Source of the DNA: Octopus vulgaris
Lineage: Eukaryota
NCBI GenBank assembly: GCA_951406725.2
Contig: OX597815.1
Span: 17,360,001-17,424,000, forward strand
Reading direction: 5' to 3'
Length of the DNA stretch: 64,000 nucleotides
In this document: in pieces, positions 26,362 to 40,238 of the stretch
Numbering within the stretch: the stretch's first letter is position 1
Layout: every line of letters starts with the position of its first letter
Notes under the pieces: generated by a model
The model's database searches: none
What the model saw: only the letters and a program-made list of their open reading frames with translations
What the model was told of the DNA's origin: nothing
Program-made: the position numbers and the translations under genes

Positions 26362-27017
26362 TATTTCTTTACTACCCACAAGGGGCTAAACACAGAGAGG
26401 ACAAACAAGGACAAACACACGGATTAAGTCGATTACATCGACCCCAGTGCGTAACTGGTACTTAATTTATCGACCCCGGAAGGATGAAAGACAAAGTCGA
26501 CCTCGGCGGAATTTGAACTCAGAACGTAACTACAGACGAAATACCGCTAAGCATTTCGCCCGGCGTGCTAACGTTTCTGCCAGCTCGCCGCCTTAAACCG
26601 GTACAAATACCTATTTCTGTTTCTTTATTACCCACAAGGGGCTAAACAAGGACAGACATAGGTATTAAGTCGATTACATCGACCCCAGTGCGTAACTGGT
26701 ACTTAATTTATCGACTCCGAAAGCATGAAAGGCAAAGTTGACCTCGGCGGAATTTGAACTCAGAACGTAGCAGCAGACGAAATACCTATTTCTTTACTAC
26801 CCACAAGGGGCTAAACACAGAGAGGACAAACAAGGACAGACATAGGTATTAAGTCGATTAGATCGACTCCAGTGCGTAACTGGTACTTAATTTATCGACC
26901 CCGAAAGGATGAAAGGCAAAGTTGACCTCGGCGGAATTTGAACTCAGAACGTAGCGGCAGACGAAATACTGCTAAGCATTTCACCCGACGTGCTAATGTG
27001 TCTGCCAGCTCGCCACC
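26362..27017 (-). mobile_element. Stacked SINE family A monomer and dimer nested in an older family A-like copy
   Basis: Units 26362-26592 and 26612-27017; target ACCGGTACAAATACC occurs three times (26347, 26597, 27031); flanks 26272-26345 and 27045-27075 are decayed SINE A core and head. Confidence 0.9.
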
Positions 27018-27393
27018 TTGCCGGTACAATACCGGTACAAATACCGTTAAGCATTTATCGACGCTTCAGTGATTCTTCGCAATGACCAATTCAGTCAGTA
27101 TAAACACCAACATTGAATGGCTTTGTTACAAATCAATAATGCTGTAAACTTGAATTATTGACAGTTGTGGCTAGTAACAGGAAGGCTTGGTGAATACAAA
27201 AATGAATAATTAAAAAAGTTTCCCTACAAAAACATTCTAATGTTGCATGAAGCATAACAGTTGAAGTAAATGATAGAAATTAACATTGATTCACTAATAA
27301 CGTTTATTAAGGTACATAACTCTGTTTATATCGTTTAAGTTTTCAAACTGTGGTCAGACTAGGTCATCAGGACACATATATCCACGTAGTTCC

Positions 27394-27468
27394 GAGAGAG
27401 GGAAGAGAGAGCGAGACAAAGAGAGAGAGAAGGGAGACAGAATGAAAAAGAGAGAGAGGGAGAGAGAC

Positions 27469-27524
<56 letters not shown>

Positions 27525-27684
27525 GATAGAGCGAGACAAAGAGAGAGAGAGAGAAGATAGAGCGAGACAAAGAGAGAGAAGGGAGACAGAGAGAGAGAGA
27601 AGGTAGAGAGAGAGAGAGAGAGAGAGGAGACAGAGAGAGAGAGGGAGAGACAAAGAAAGAAAGGGGAGACAGAGAGAAAGAGAA

Positions 27685-27718
<34 letters not shown>

Positions 27719-27791
27719 CGTAGCTTAGAGTATTTATGAAAGGTTGTATGAATAACTAGCACGACCATTTAACCAGAGAAACTAAGCCAGA

Positions 27792-27824
<33 letters not shown>

Positions 27825-27853
27825 CGTGTGTGTATGTGTGTGTGTGAGTATGT

Positions 27854-27905
<52 letters not shown>
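27394..27905. repeat. (GA)n-rich tract followed by (TG)n
   Basis: Directly visible. Confidence 0.95.
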
Positions 27906-27914
<9 letters not shown>

Positions 27915-28283
27915 GATGATGTTATCTTAATTTTCCGATGATGAAGATTTGGTTGTTCGACTAACTGAATTACCTGCTCATGAATTAACGTGGCTTAGTA
28001 ATCTTCAGAAAAGTAATCCGCTGGGAGAATGAGTATGACACATCGGGTGACAAGATTACACCACGTCAATCATAGATCCATCCGCTCGACGAGCTTCAAT
28101 GCAGTTTACTTCACAAGAAATGGATCGATTTGGGGCTATAGAAAATCACATTGGGCCAAAATGTCTTGTTGTAGGATCGAACCCGAAACCACATTAACCG
28201 TTCGGGCATACTTTACCTACATCTAGGTAAATAGATTCTTCGAACAGGGACAGTCACTAGCGACACCTGCTGGGTCTGACTAC

Positions 28284-28326
28284 GCTGCATTGATAAAGGG
28301 CAAATACCCTGAAACATGTCTGCAGC
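28284..28326 (+). ncRNA. Type I minimal hammerhead motif inside a longer hairpin
   Basis: GCTGCA-TTGATAA-AGGG caaata CCCT-GAAA-CATGTC-TGCAGC: all three helices intact, two core substitutions. Confidence 0.75.
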
Positions 28327-28483
28327 TGTCTGACTGGCAGGATGAAGCGGCTGACCTCCCCTGTTCGAAGGTTTATAATGGACGCAGGTTGTGTGTCAAA
28401 TAGCTAGCTTGAGGCGGTGGCCTCATGGAGCTAATCAGCGACAGCTTTAGTCTTATATTTATAAGACTGCCATATTAGTATGG

Positions 28484-28536
<53 letters not shown>

Positions 28537-28539
<3 letters not shown>

Positions 28540-28760
28540 TCTATTATATAAAATCCGTTCTGTCTGTCTGTGTGCGTGTCTTCTAGAATCTCGGGCATCC
28601 TCCATCCGATTGCGCTCATATTTGATTTGTAGATATCAACGGTATCAGGGAGTGTATAAGTTTTGAAAATAATTACAAAAATCGATTCCAAGTGAGAATG
28701 CGATCGATAAAGCCGTGAAACGTGCATTTGTAAAATCGTTTTTCTTGGAATAGAAAAAAG
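28537..28760 (+). mobile_element. Helitron-like non-autonomous element, 5' end
   Basis: A|TC start TCTTCTATTATATAAAATCCG followed by (CTGT)n and CATCCGATT, the layout of Lep1-like Helitron 5' ends. Confidence 0.55.
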
Positions 28761-28954
28761 TCTATCTTTATTTCTTCTTTTTTTTTGTTGCTGATGTCTC
28801 AAATTTAGGTTAAATCAGTGTTTCTCAAAGGGGAGGCCTATGGGACGGTCGGACAAGTTGTTTTGAGAAAATTTGGTTTACATGTTTGACAACTCAGCAC
28901 CGTCCATTGGATGGTGGGGGCCCTTTTGCTCGTATATATATATATATATATACA

Positions 28955-28988
<34 letters not shown>

Positions 28989-29002
28989 CATACATACATA
29001 CA

Positions 29003-29033
<31 letters not shown>

Positions 29034-30364
29034 GCCTATCCATCGGGGAAGATATGGTCTGACATGAAATAAAAAGAAAATGAAATGAAAGCATTCTACT
29101 GCGAAAATTTCCCGGCAACGACGGCCTAATCAGTGTGTATAGCAAGCATATTTTTCGTAAGAGTCCTTACTCTTGATTATTCACGTATTCTGTCACAATA
29201 TTTGCAATCTATTATGAAGGCAGGGAAGTTATAGTAAAGGGTATTAATTGTTCCAACTGAGCCAGTACTCTGTTAGTATGAATGGTCTTTCTCTCAGGCA
29301 CTAAAGAACAACTAGATAGCATGGTTGAACCTATTGCATTGATAGCAGATGAATCAAAACACGATTGGCTGATGAGAAAATAAGGACTTAAAATTGGCTG
29401 GTCTTCAATCGTAGAAATGTGAACACGAACATACACAATCAAACGCAAATACCAGCCTATATCCCAAAGTTAGTGTGGAAAAATATGGAGCGAAGGATGC
29501 ATGGGAAGAGAAAAGGAGATTATATACAGCTGTTCGTCTGTCGTACATGCATTCAGAACCAGATGTGCTTTAAGTAATCCTGGAAAGAACAAAATATGCA
29601 ATTAGAAGAGAAGGTAGGTTGAGGATTAGGCATAAATAGCTGATCGTTCTTTGCACAAATATACATATGCAAATATACTTTAGTATGCATGTATACAGAT
29701 CAGCAAAGAATAACGTGGCAAGTCCCGAGCTAACAGTCGAAAATGGATTGGAAAGTAGACAAAGAGAGAACAGGGAACACATGCACGCACATACTATGAT
29801 AGTAACATTACATCCAATTACCCAGCAATTATTGCGAATAAGGTTGAGAAATATCATCCGCGTAGAATGAAATACACAGAATGAAATGTACCCCCTGTGG
29901 TGTGCAATATTCGTTGCATCATCATAAGAAAACTTTTAATCTATCTCGGAGTGGGACAGGTCGGATTTGATATCAATTAGTCGTGCGCTAATCAGTGTGA
30001 TAACTTCAACATAGATCCTGAAGCACCCAGTTCCATGGAACTGACATTGGGATTTTTAATATGGTTCAATGTAATATAACTATAAAGCACGATAATGCGA
30101 TATGATACAACATGACATAATAATACTAATCATAATACCGGGTGGCAGGTATGAAGTTCATACTGCATAAGCCCAAATACCAAATGCGAGTACCAGAATC
30201 GGAAAGTTCAATGCTGAGTTCTTAGATTAGACTTCAGATTATGGATTATTTGAATTTTCAGCAGAGTATCATTAATTAAGTATGGGATACTTGCTACTTT
30301 TTGGCTATTTAAACATGGTTGCGGGCTTGTAGGGGTAACAATTCCCTTTGCTTTCTACTTTATT

Positions 30365-30428
<64 letters not shown>

Positions 30429-31579
30429 TATAGATATAGATGTATATAAATGAGATTTTAAGACAATTAGTAACATTTATAAGACAATTAAATGAAATCT
30501 GCTTTGCCATATTTTAAAATATCTTTATTCATAATGCTTAATGAACTCACAATCTTGAAAAAGGAAAAAAAACACGATACATTTGCTTTCGAATAACTAT
30601 GCAATAATACTTGATGCAGTATTTTACATAAATGCTGAGGGCAACATTCCACGAACTTTTCCCATTGAAATTTACTACTTTATTGATCATTTATAAACGA
30701 TTATAGCACAACACTAGCGGCAACAGTGCTATCAATTACATTGTACATTCTGAACAAACTTTTGAAGGAGTTTTACCTGCGATTTAATATTTATAAAAAA
30801 GTATTTTCAACAAATATCCAATGTGCAATTGTCATATTCTTTAAAATTAATTTTAAACTCAAAATATTTTGGTTAGAAATACATTGTTATGACATTTATA
30901 TATGTTACAGAAAACCTGAATTCAGTGGAAAATCGGTTCTGTTGATAGCACCATTTGGCAACGGTTTGTTACTGGAAATAGGCTTCTTCTGTAGAAGTGT
31001 GGAAAAACCGAAAAACATTATCAAACTTACTTGGTGAGGAAAGATATTTTCTGATCCTATGTAGAAACAAAATTTTATCAAAGATTAAATGAACTCAGGA
31101 GAGACAATGGCCATCCAATATTGTGTATTTATACAAATTTAAGATGCACGTGAAGGAAACCAACTACCACTGGTCAAGCTCCAAAGGACGGGGTGTTGAT
31201 CTCCAACAATGTCACTTCGAAAGGTGTACCTCAAGAACCATGAAACGCACAATCACTTTAACCGTGAAACACATTTACGGCTCCATCTACCGTTGTTGTG
31301 TGGTCGTTTTCAAAAACGAAGGCCGAACAACCAATTTTATCACGCTACATTAAAGACACCGGGCTGAAATATTTTTCACTGTATCCCTCTTTCTGATGCT
31401 ATAAAGTGTAAATTCAGAGAAAGTTGGCTATTACTTTTAGCATATTGGGCAACTACGTAGTGACTCCTTCGTAAAGTATATATTGTAAAAGATGTTGACA
31501 GCAGTTACTTTAATCATATGATTGGCGTATAAAAATTTAATTATTTTTAAAAAAGTAAATCTCAGTTGCTCCCAAACTA

Positions 31580-31965
31580 TGGAAGCACTGCGTCGGTTAC
31601 AACGACGAGGGTTCCGGTTGATCCGAATCAACGGAACAGCCTGCTCGTGAAATTAATGTGTAAGTGGCTGAGCACTCCACAGACACGTGTACCCTTAACG
31701 TAGTTCTCGGGGATATTCAGCGTGACACAGAGAGTGACAAGGCCGGCCCTTTGAAATACAGGTACAACAGAAACAGGAAGTAAGAGAGAGAGAAAGTTGT
31801 GATGAAAGAGTACAGCAGGGATCACCACCATCCCCTGCCGTAGCCTCGTTGATCTTTTAGGTGTTTTCGCTCAATAAACACTCACAACGCCCGGTCTGGG
31901 AATCGAAACCGCGATCCTATGACCGCGAGTCCGCTGCCCTAACCACTGGGCCATTGCGCCTCCAC
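31580..31965 (-). mobile_element. SINE family C, full length
   Basis: TSD CCCAAACTAT at 31571-31580 and 31969-31978. Confidence 0.93.
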
Positions 31966-32553
31966 ATCCCCAAACTATATATACTTATAAAATGAGTTAG
32001 TTTAAATACGAGAAAATCGTGAAAGATCTAGGATAAAGGATATTCATACAGCTTTCAAATTGAGTGAAAGTACTATATCAAAGTGTGATAAAGCTTTATG
32101 TAATGAGTGCGATGCTGAAATATGAGTTCGCAAAACCTACGTCAGAGAATACGCTTCTTCAGTTCAACATACATCGAAGAACTGCAGTAAACTCAAATTC
32201 ACAACGAATTCTAAGAGTAGTTTTTTTCTTCTTTTCAAAGTAAAATACATTACAGTTAACAACATTTATAGATTACTATGCGCATAGCATCGATCATTTG
32301 GGAGAACTTATTAATATAGGAATACCATCATCTTGAAGTATAGCTGATGGAGACTGCATAGAATAAAATGTACAGCGCCTGTAAAAACTATTGTTGCTCT
32401 CCATCCTTACTGAAAGGTATAAGTAATTGTCAGTCCTCTATGATTTGAAGTGGGTCAACGAACATTGTGAAAAACACCCCTGTCTATTACGGAGATGTAC
32501 TTGCATAGCGATTGACTTGATCTGAGATCGTGTGTTGGAACGAAAACAATTGC

Positions 32554-33036
32554 AGCGTGGAAGGTGTTTGTAAGCCATTTAAGAAACACACAAAACCGTT
32601 AGATTCACTTCAACATTTAAATTTAACTTGTCAAAATATTTTCGTTGCTTTGAGACCGCGACCTATACTAATAAACGACAAAATAAAACTGTGTCGGGGG
32701 TTTTAGGGCTAATTTATTTTGCAAAAACTGCTGAAATGTTGCAACAAATTGTAATAAAGTTCTTAGAAATGAATTGATATGAGACAATCCTTTGCTGTTG
32801 CAATAGGGAGAACTTCAATCTTTCGTAATGTAAGAAATTCTCTCTACACTTTAATGAAATTAGATTATCAAAACTTGACTCTCATAAAATGTAATTGCCT
32901 TTCTCTGCATTTAACATGTTGACGTGGTTCCGAAGAAGTACCTCGACAATCTGTTAAGAGAAACTTAGAGCTGGCTCCACAATCAACCCTTCGAAAATAA
33001 TAATAATAATAATAATATAATAATAATAATAATAAT

Positions 33037-33068
<32 letters not shown>

Positions 33069-33138
33069 CTGTAAATGTAAATTCTTCTATTTACATAATA
33101 TCGAGGTCTCTTTCATTCTTTTGTTGTCTGAGCAGTTT

Positions 33139-33207
<69 letters not shown>

Positions 33208-33301
33208 AGCGACGAAAATATTTTGACAAATTAAATTTAAATGTTGAAGTGAATCTAACTGTCTTGTGTGTTTCTTAAATGGCTTATAAACACCTTCCAC
33301 G

Positions 33302-33303
<2 letters not shown>
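32554..33303. repeat. Inverted pair of a ~98-bp dispersed repeat
   Basis: 32554-32651 (AGCGTGGAAGGTGTTT...AAAATATTTTCGTTGCTTT) is the reverse complement of 33206-33303. Confidence 0.85.
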
Positions 33304-33346
<43 letters not shown>

Positions 33347-34535
33347 TCAATGGAGGTGAGGAATCATTGAAAACTATTCCATTGCTATTTCCTTTTACAA
33401 AAGGGACCTTCTAGTTGGGACAATTATGCTGGAAAGGAATTACATACTCTGTACTCGGATGCAACTAATGAACTTAACGATTTATGATGTCTGTGTTGAG
33501 AGAATTTGAACAAATTTGCTGTTTCAGAAATATATTTTGGACCATAATCGTGTCTTAGCTGAACGGTACAGTTTTGCATTGATTATGCTAAGAGGAATTT
33601 TATGCCGTCAATATATAATTCTTGAAACGAATTTAGACACATTGAAATCTCAGTATCTCTCAAATAAAAAATTGATTTTGGATATGAGTTTTCTAAAATT
33701 TCAACATAAAATTTCTGCCAAATAAATTTCCCAAGAACAAGGAAATACTGTTCAAAAACAATGTCTGAGCTTTTGAGGTGAATGTGCGAAGAACATTTAA
33801 GCCATGTACTAAGGAATATTGAAGCCAAACCATTTAAAAGAAAGTCTAAGCATTCACGACCTCGACTTCCCACCACCACCACCACTACCACCTAAAGCTT
33901 GTTTAAACCAAATTTGCCTAACTTTTGCAACTCTTCAACTTTGGCTGATCAATCTAAACTTCGGGAAATACACTTGTGCGAACTACGAAGACTCGTTTGG
34001 TAAAGTATATTTCCTGAGGGGGTCAGAACTTTTGGTATGAAGCAGCAATAAACATGCAAATGGTGAACCTGGATTTTCACATTTTGCAGAATATGCAGTG
34101 ATAATTTACAGTGCATCGCTAAGCATTGTTATAGTTTGAAGAATATTTTCAAATGTAACCTCCTTCGGACCTAAACTGAGAAATAAGAAAGAGTAGAATC
34201 TAAAACTGTCTACATTAAAACTAAAACTGAAACTTGAAAAAAGCATTTTCTACTATGATTTTGTACTTAGAGAGACTGTGCTGAAGTACGACAAAAACAA
34301 AAACAAAAATTAGCGAAGAGGAAAAAGAAAGTTTTGATGCGAAAACTTTTAAATGAATACCTATGAATACTTATGAATACTTATGAAAAATTTTGAAACC
34401 CCGATTAAATTATCAACTATGTAAATTAGAAGCAGCATTTTATGTAAAGAAAAACAAATAATATTAAATTGAAGGCTTACTAAATACTTACTTGTAGAGT
34501 ACATATTTCTTTGTAACAATAATGATTCATACTTC

Positions 34536-34588
<53 letters not shown>

Positions 34589-34757
34589 AGTAGTTGAATG
34601 AATTATCTTATTAAGGATCATTCGAATTAACAGATACCTGGGTAGCAAATTCACATCGGAAAAATATTCCTTATTCCTTCTCAATTAGGAATATGCAGCC
34701 TTCGAAACATATGTCGAAAATAAAGGAATTTTGTTAATTCGTCGTTCAGCTCCATTC

Positions 34758-34821
<64 letters not shown>

Positions 34822-34830
<9 letters not shown>

Positions 34831-35032
34831 AAGTTAATCCAAACAAGAAAGCACAAAAAAAAAACACAACAACGCGAGGACGTGGAACAAATATAGTATT
34901 ATTGGACGCTCAGGAAAGAAGGAAAGAAGGAGCGTTTAATGTTTCGAGCGGAGCTCTTCGTCGGAAACATAGGAGAAGGAAAGATCCAGAGAAAAAAATC
35001 GCCAATGGTACACACGAGGTCACATTTTGAAA
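34822..35032 (-). mobile_element. PLE pseudo-LTR-like fragment with minimal hammerhead (34934-34968)
   Basis: Minus strand GTTT-CCGACGA-aGAGCtccGCTC-GAAA-CATT-AAAC; embedded between (TA)n tracts. Confidence 0.65.
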
Positions 35033-35047
35033 GCTATATATATATAA

Positions 35048-35085
<38 letters not shown>

Positions 35086-35110
35086 CGAGAACAGCGTGTA
35101 CGTACACCGC

Positions 35111-35143
<33 letters not shown>

Positions 35144-35934
35144 CAACCGACCATCATTAGATAATGCAGCTGCAGAAATACACTAAAAAAGGAGAGAAAC
35201 CAACAGTCATATATTGCGGTTGATATTTCTTTCGCCGTTAGTTTACTAGATCTGATTCGACCTGGAGTTAAACAAGAACCCCTTAAAGGCTCACACATTG
35301 GCTCTTTTTAATCACGTTATTTACAGTTATGTAGCATGAAACATTTACATGCGATCTACCTTTCTCGATGCAAAGCCAGTGACGTCAGACGAACACATTA
35401 ACATAAAGTCTACACCTTATCCGCTCTCTCTCGGTCAAAGCATCATTTTTTTTCTCTATAAATCCTGATGACTACATTAATACTATATATAGAGTATGAA
35501 TTGACAGGACAGTAAAGGAAACGATGAGAGAAAGAAACAATAGATTCTACGGTTCGAGTACGTTGATAAACAGTACGAATCAAATATGCCAGCCACCATT
35601 GCAGGAATTGCAACAGTGAATCAGCTCGTTATGAGCGTCCTTTCTCTGTTGTTAAAGAACAAATAGAGAAACTTGCTTTAGAATGTAAACACAAAGCTTC
35701 ATTTGTGTACATTTATACATACCTGCAAACACAGGAATATTACATATACCCGAACTCATATGCTTGAACATACCTATACGCATACAAACTCAAGCATTCC
35801 CGTGCGAACGCGCGCACACAGACACACACACACACACTCACACACACACACTCACACGTTCTCCTGCCCTCTCCATTACACACATACAAACATGTAAAAT
35901 TCGCTCTCTCTTTCTCTGTGTATGTGTGTGAATT

Positions 35935-36006
35935 ATATATATATATATATAAGAGAGAGAGAGAAAGTGAGAGAGAGAGAAAGAGAGAGAGAGAGAGAAA
36001 GTGAGA

Positions 36007-36059
<53 letters not shown>

Positions 36060-36254
36060 CGAAAGTGAGAGAGAGAGAGACAGAAAGAGAGAGAGAAAGT
36101 GAGAGAGAGAGAGAAAGAGGGAGAGTGAGAGACAGAAAGTGAAAGAGAGAAAGTGAGAGAGAGAAAGGGAGAGAGAAAGAGGGAGAGAGAGAAAGAGGGA
36201 GAGAAAGAGAGAGAAAGTGAGAGAGAGAGAGAGACAGAAAGAGAGAGAGAAAGT

Positions 36255-36286
<32 letters not shown>

Positions 36287-36415
36287 CAGAAAGATTTATA
36301 TAGGTATGCCGAGATAGATTGATAGATAGGTAGAGAAAGAGCAATATGAAGAGAAGGGTTCGAACAGGCGAGAGAGAGAGAGGGAGAGGGAGAGAGAGGA
36401 AGACAGAGACAGAGA
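35935..36415. repeat. Long (GA)n/(GAAA)n purine tract
   Basis: Directly visible; source of the SL-rich ORFs. Confidence 0.96.
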
Positions 36416-36881
36416 GGTAAACTGTTGGTGTAGAACAAACAACCACACTGCTGGTCAATCATTGTGTGTCATTACTCACCAATGAACAAGTAAAAAATGA
36501 AAAAACCAGTTTTTTTTTTCCTCCTAAGACTGAACTGCATAGTTGAATAGCTATTGTAAAACAGCTAATTGTCAACAGACAACGAAATGTTTGTCCAAGA
36601 ATATAAGGTTCAGTTTTTCGCTAATGATTGTACACACTGTTATATTTTTCTCTTTAGTAACAAAACATTTCACCTCGCTACAAACAAGTTATTGAACAAG
36701 AAGAGAAAAATTCCGTAACAACGGAATATGTAAAAAATAGAAAGGATGAATCCTAACAAGGAATATATATCAAGGGCAAATGTTTCTGGTCCTGCAAAAA
36801 TAAACTTCGCAGAACCAGTTTACCCAGGTTAATACTGTGGCTGACATCTCTAATCTGAGGGAGAAGGAGGGAAAATAAAAT

Positions 36882-36883
36882 GA

Positions 36884-36920
<37 letters not shown>

Positions 36921-37146
36921 TGAGTGTGTATACATATATACACGCACACACACATACATAAATTCATACATACACACATGTACACATGAATACATGCATG
37001 CATATATACATACATACGTATATACATACATACATACATACATACATACATACATACATGCATACATACATGCATACATACATACATACATACATACATA
37101 CATACATACATACATACATACATACATACATACATACATACATACA
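36882..37146. repeat. (TG)n/(CATA)n microsatellite
   Basis: Directly visible. Confidence 0.95.
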
Positions 37147-37521
37147 TGATGATAATGATGGTTGCCCCTTCATTATAGAGTATGGCCATTGCACGAAGCT
37201 TAACTGTTATCGGTGCCGTGATCGAATGTGACTTTTTAGCCCAGCCAAAGATCTACAATGTCTTGTACAAAATTGACAACTAAAACCTTTACTGGTAATA
37301 GCTGGCTGTAGTCGTGACTGGGTTCATGTACCTTTGCATGTCGTTTAAGTCCTCCTGCCGAACTACACTCTCTTCCACATGCCCGACAGATATAATTAGT
37401 ATGGTGTGTAACATCACCATCAGTGGCCAGGTTGTCACTCATCTGTCTCGCTTTATGACTACGAAGTTGACTCTTGAGTCCAGCTTTACTGAGACAGGGT
37501 CTTGCACAGACACTGCATGTC
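37146..37521 (-). mobile_element. RTE-type LINE 3' end with three C2H2-like zinc fingers
   Basis: CSVCARPCLSKAGLKSQLRSH, CRACGRECSSAGGLKRHAKVH and (after a frameshift) CQFCTRHCRSLAGLKSHIRSRH; short UTR GGCCATACTCTATAATGAAGGGCAACC with (ATC)n tail. Confidence 0.75.
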
Positions 37522-37597
37522 ATACATATATGCATACATACATACATACATACATACATACATACATACATACATACATGCATGTATGCATGCATCA

Positions 37598-37706
37598 CGC
37601 TGCCTAAATGCCAATCTTGAGAAATTAGACTTCTCAAAACCAGAAAGGAGAATGCTAATTCGAAGACTACATATCCAATCCATCACTGGAACCGTAAAAA
37701 TCTGCA
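37598..37706 (+). mobile_element. Short 3' fragment of the R4/Dong-like LINE seen at 61395-62707
   Basis: Reverse complement of ~61472-61580; embedded in (CATA)n on both sides. Confidence 0.8.
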
Positions 37707-38485
37707 CATACATACATACATACATACATACATACATACATACATACATACATACATACATACATACATACATTACATACATACATAACATACATACATA
37801 CATACATACATACAAGCAAACATACATACATACATACATACATACATACATACATACATACATAAATACATACATTCATATAGTCGCACACAATGTTTGT
37901 TTATGTTCCGAGCGGCTTTGCATATAAGCATAAATAAGGCATAGAAGTGTTATATTTGAGATATATTAGCAAGAGAAGAAAGGAAAACGCCCATGACTTA
38001 TTGCAAGGCCTACTTGTATGAGGACAGGAAGAATTTATCCCTAGGCTAGAGATATTGCTGGCCCGAATACTTGCCACTAAGTAGATATAAATGTGATCTA
38101 AGGTTAGGTGGTAATGTTGAAAAAAGTGATAGGTTAAGTATAATACCGAAGCACCGAAAGGATCCATCTGTGTGAATTCCGCTCAGTTTTAATCAACTAA
38201 ATTCTACTTATAACTCTTCAGTGCATAGAAGACATTTGGTCAAGATACCGTCAGCTTTGTAGTTAAGATAAGAACGAACCTTTTGATTACACAGTCGTAT
38301 ATATGAATATGTATGATGGATAACATTCGGTCTTTGGATTGTATATTTCGTTTGGGAGGTGGACAGTAATTAATATAGTGTGTGCGCCTCTTGGTTTTGT
38401 TAGGTGGGAGTATTGCACATTTAATAGATAACGTAAATTCTAACATAATATAAATTGCTCCCGTTAAATATAAATTCTGACATAA

Positions 38486-39140
38486 TAATAATATACAATA
38501 ATGGAATTATTGTATACAGTGCTCCGTTGCAACACAACTTGTCAAAAGTGTGTATAAAGTATATGCAGTAATGTACAAATGTCTGGAAAGTGAACAGTGT
38601 ATGAGTCAGATACATGCTTGCGTGTGTATGGAGGGGAAAAAAATCAGGTGTAGTGTTGGCGAATCTCAGGAAGCATGGAAGCTTTGAAGGATGCAGTGCT
38701 CCGACAACTAACAACTGATGCCGGCAGTTTGTTCCATGCTTCAGCAACTCTTAGTATGAAAAAATGTTTCCAAAAGTCATGGGAGTTGTGCTCTTTTCTC
38801 ACTTTATAAACATGTCCACGGGTGTTAGACAGGTGGAGTTTGAAAATGTGCTCAGAGTTATTGTTTGTAAGATGGTTAATAATTTTATGGGTGACTGCCA
38901 AGTCAGCTGCCAGATATTGGAGTTTCAATGTATCCATGCCCAGGGAAGTAAGGCATTCAGAATATGACAAATGCCTGATGGAGGGTATTCTCTTGGTTGC
39001 ACGTCGCTGAACGGCTCCCAGACGATTAATATCCTGGGCAAGATAGGAGTTCCAGACCGGTGAGGAAATTCCAGGTGCGGTCGTACCATAGCTATATAAA
39101 GCCGCAGATAGATAGCCAGAGAGCAGCTCACAAAGGACTT
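38486..39140 (-). mobile_element. CR1-clade LINE 3' end
   Basis: LYIAMVRPHLE...SYSECLTSLGMDTL...NTRGHVYK...FFILRVAEAWNKLPASVV; (ATT)n tail. Confidence 0.92.
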
Positions 39141-40238
39141 GTAAATTGCTGTCGGTTATTAGATGTTATTATTTCAAGTATTTATATAAATATAATTAAT
39201 CTTTCTTATTTATATAGGGATTTATTTAGTTATGCTTTATCATAAGAATTTAAACAGGTTTCTTGTTCTGAGAGAAAGTACTTTTTAGCTCTAAATTGGA
39301 TGAATTTTGGAGGAATTATAATGAATTGTAATAGAATTTTGATGAATTATAATGGAAGATTTACTGAAAAGGGTACCTTTTGCGTTGTACCATTTTTGAA
39401 AAAGAAAAATAATGATACCTCAAAGAATTTAAATTTTGATCATTACACAGGACATTCTATTTTTTCTGAAGCAGCTACTTCTCAAAAGCCGTTTTGAGTT
39501 CAACTCCAACGCAGAGAGCTGGGATTCTGTGCGGCTATGGTTTGAGAGGACATTCAAGTAAATTCTGGTATAGCCCTAATAATCAGACGTCTCCGTTTTA
39601 GATGTCTCCACTAAATAAAATTATTTTTAAATGATCACCATTTGACAACCTATACAGGTCAAGAGAACTCGAATTAAAATTTCTTATCAAAAATTTGCAT
39701 CAACATTAGCATTTTATTACACTTCAATATTTTTCTGATTTTCCAGTAAATTTCACACACAGTTCAAGTGACATTAACCTCAAATTTCTATCAAATAACA
39801 TGCATGAAATTAGCAAAAGGGGTTCAAAATGATAACAGGGTTGAAAAAGACAATCAATATTTCAATATGGTGTGGAATTAATTATTAATGATATAACATT
39901 CAATAAAATGGGAATTGGATTTTATCAAAGTTGACAGAGGGCAGCAATCAGATTTTTTTAACTGTCTTATGAAAAAAAATGAAAAATGAAAAAACACGAA
40001 ACAAATCATTTCATGACATATCTAACATTAAATAAAAAAAAAAAACATCAAGCATACATTTATCATCAAAAGAATGATGCTTTCCAGATGATGAGTACAT
40101 GACAGAATTTTCATAAAGGTCATTAGGAAAAACACATCAGGAATATCATTTTGATTAAACCTTGTGTTTAATACATAATATTGATCTCTAAAATTATGAC
40201 TGTAAAGTGTTGGTTCATATATCCTTTACTCAAAATGC

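Noticed and set aside
31090-31345. Possible decayed RTE 3' end (also 49205-49310 as a possible RTE UTR)
   Set aside because: Only the tail GGTCGTTTTCAAAAACGAAGG is suggestive; too degraded to call.
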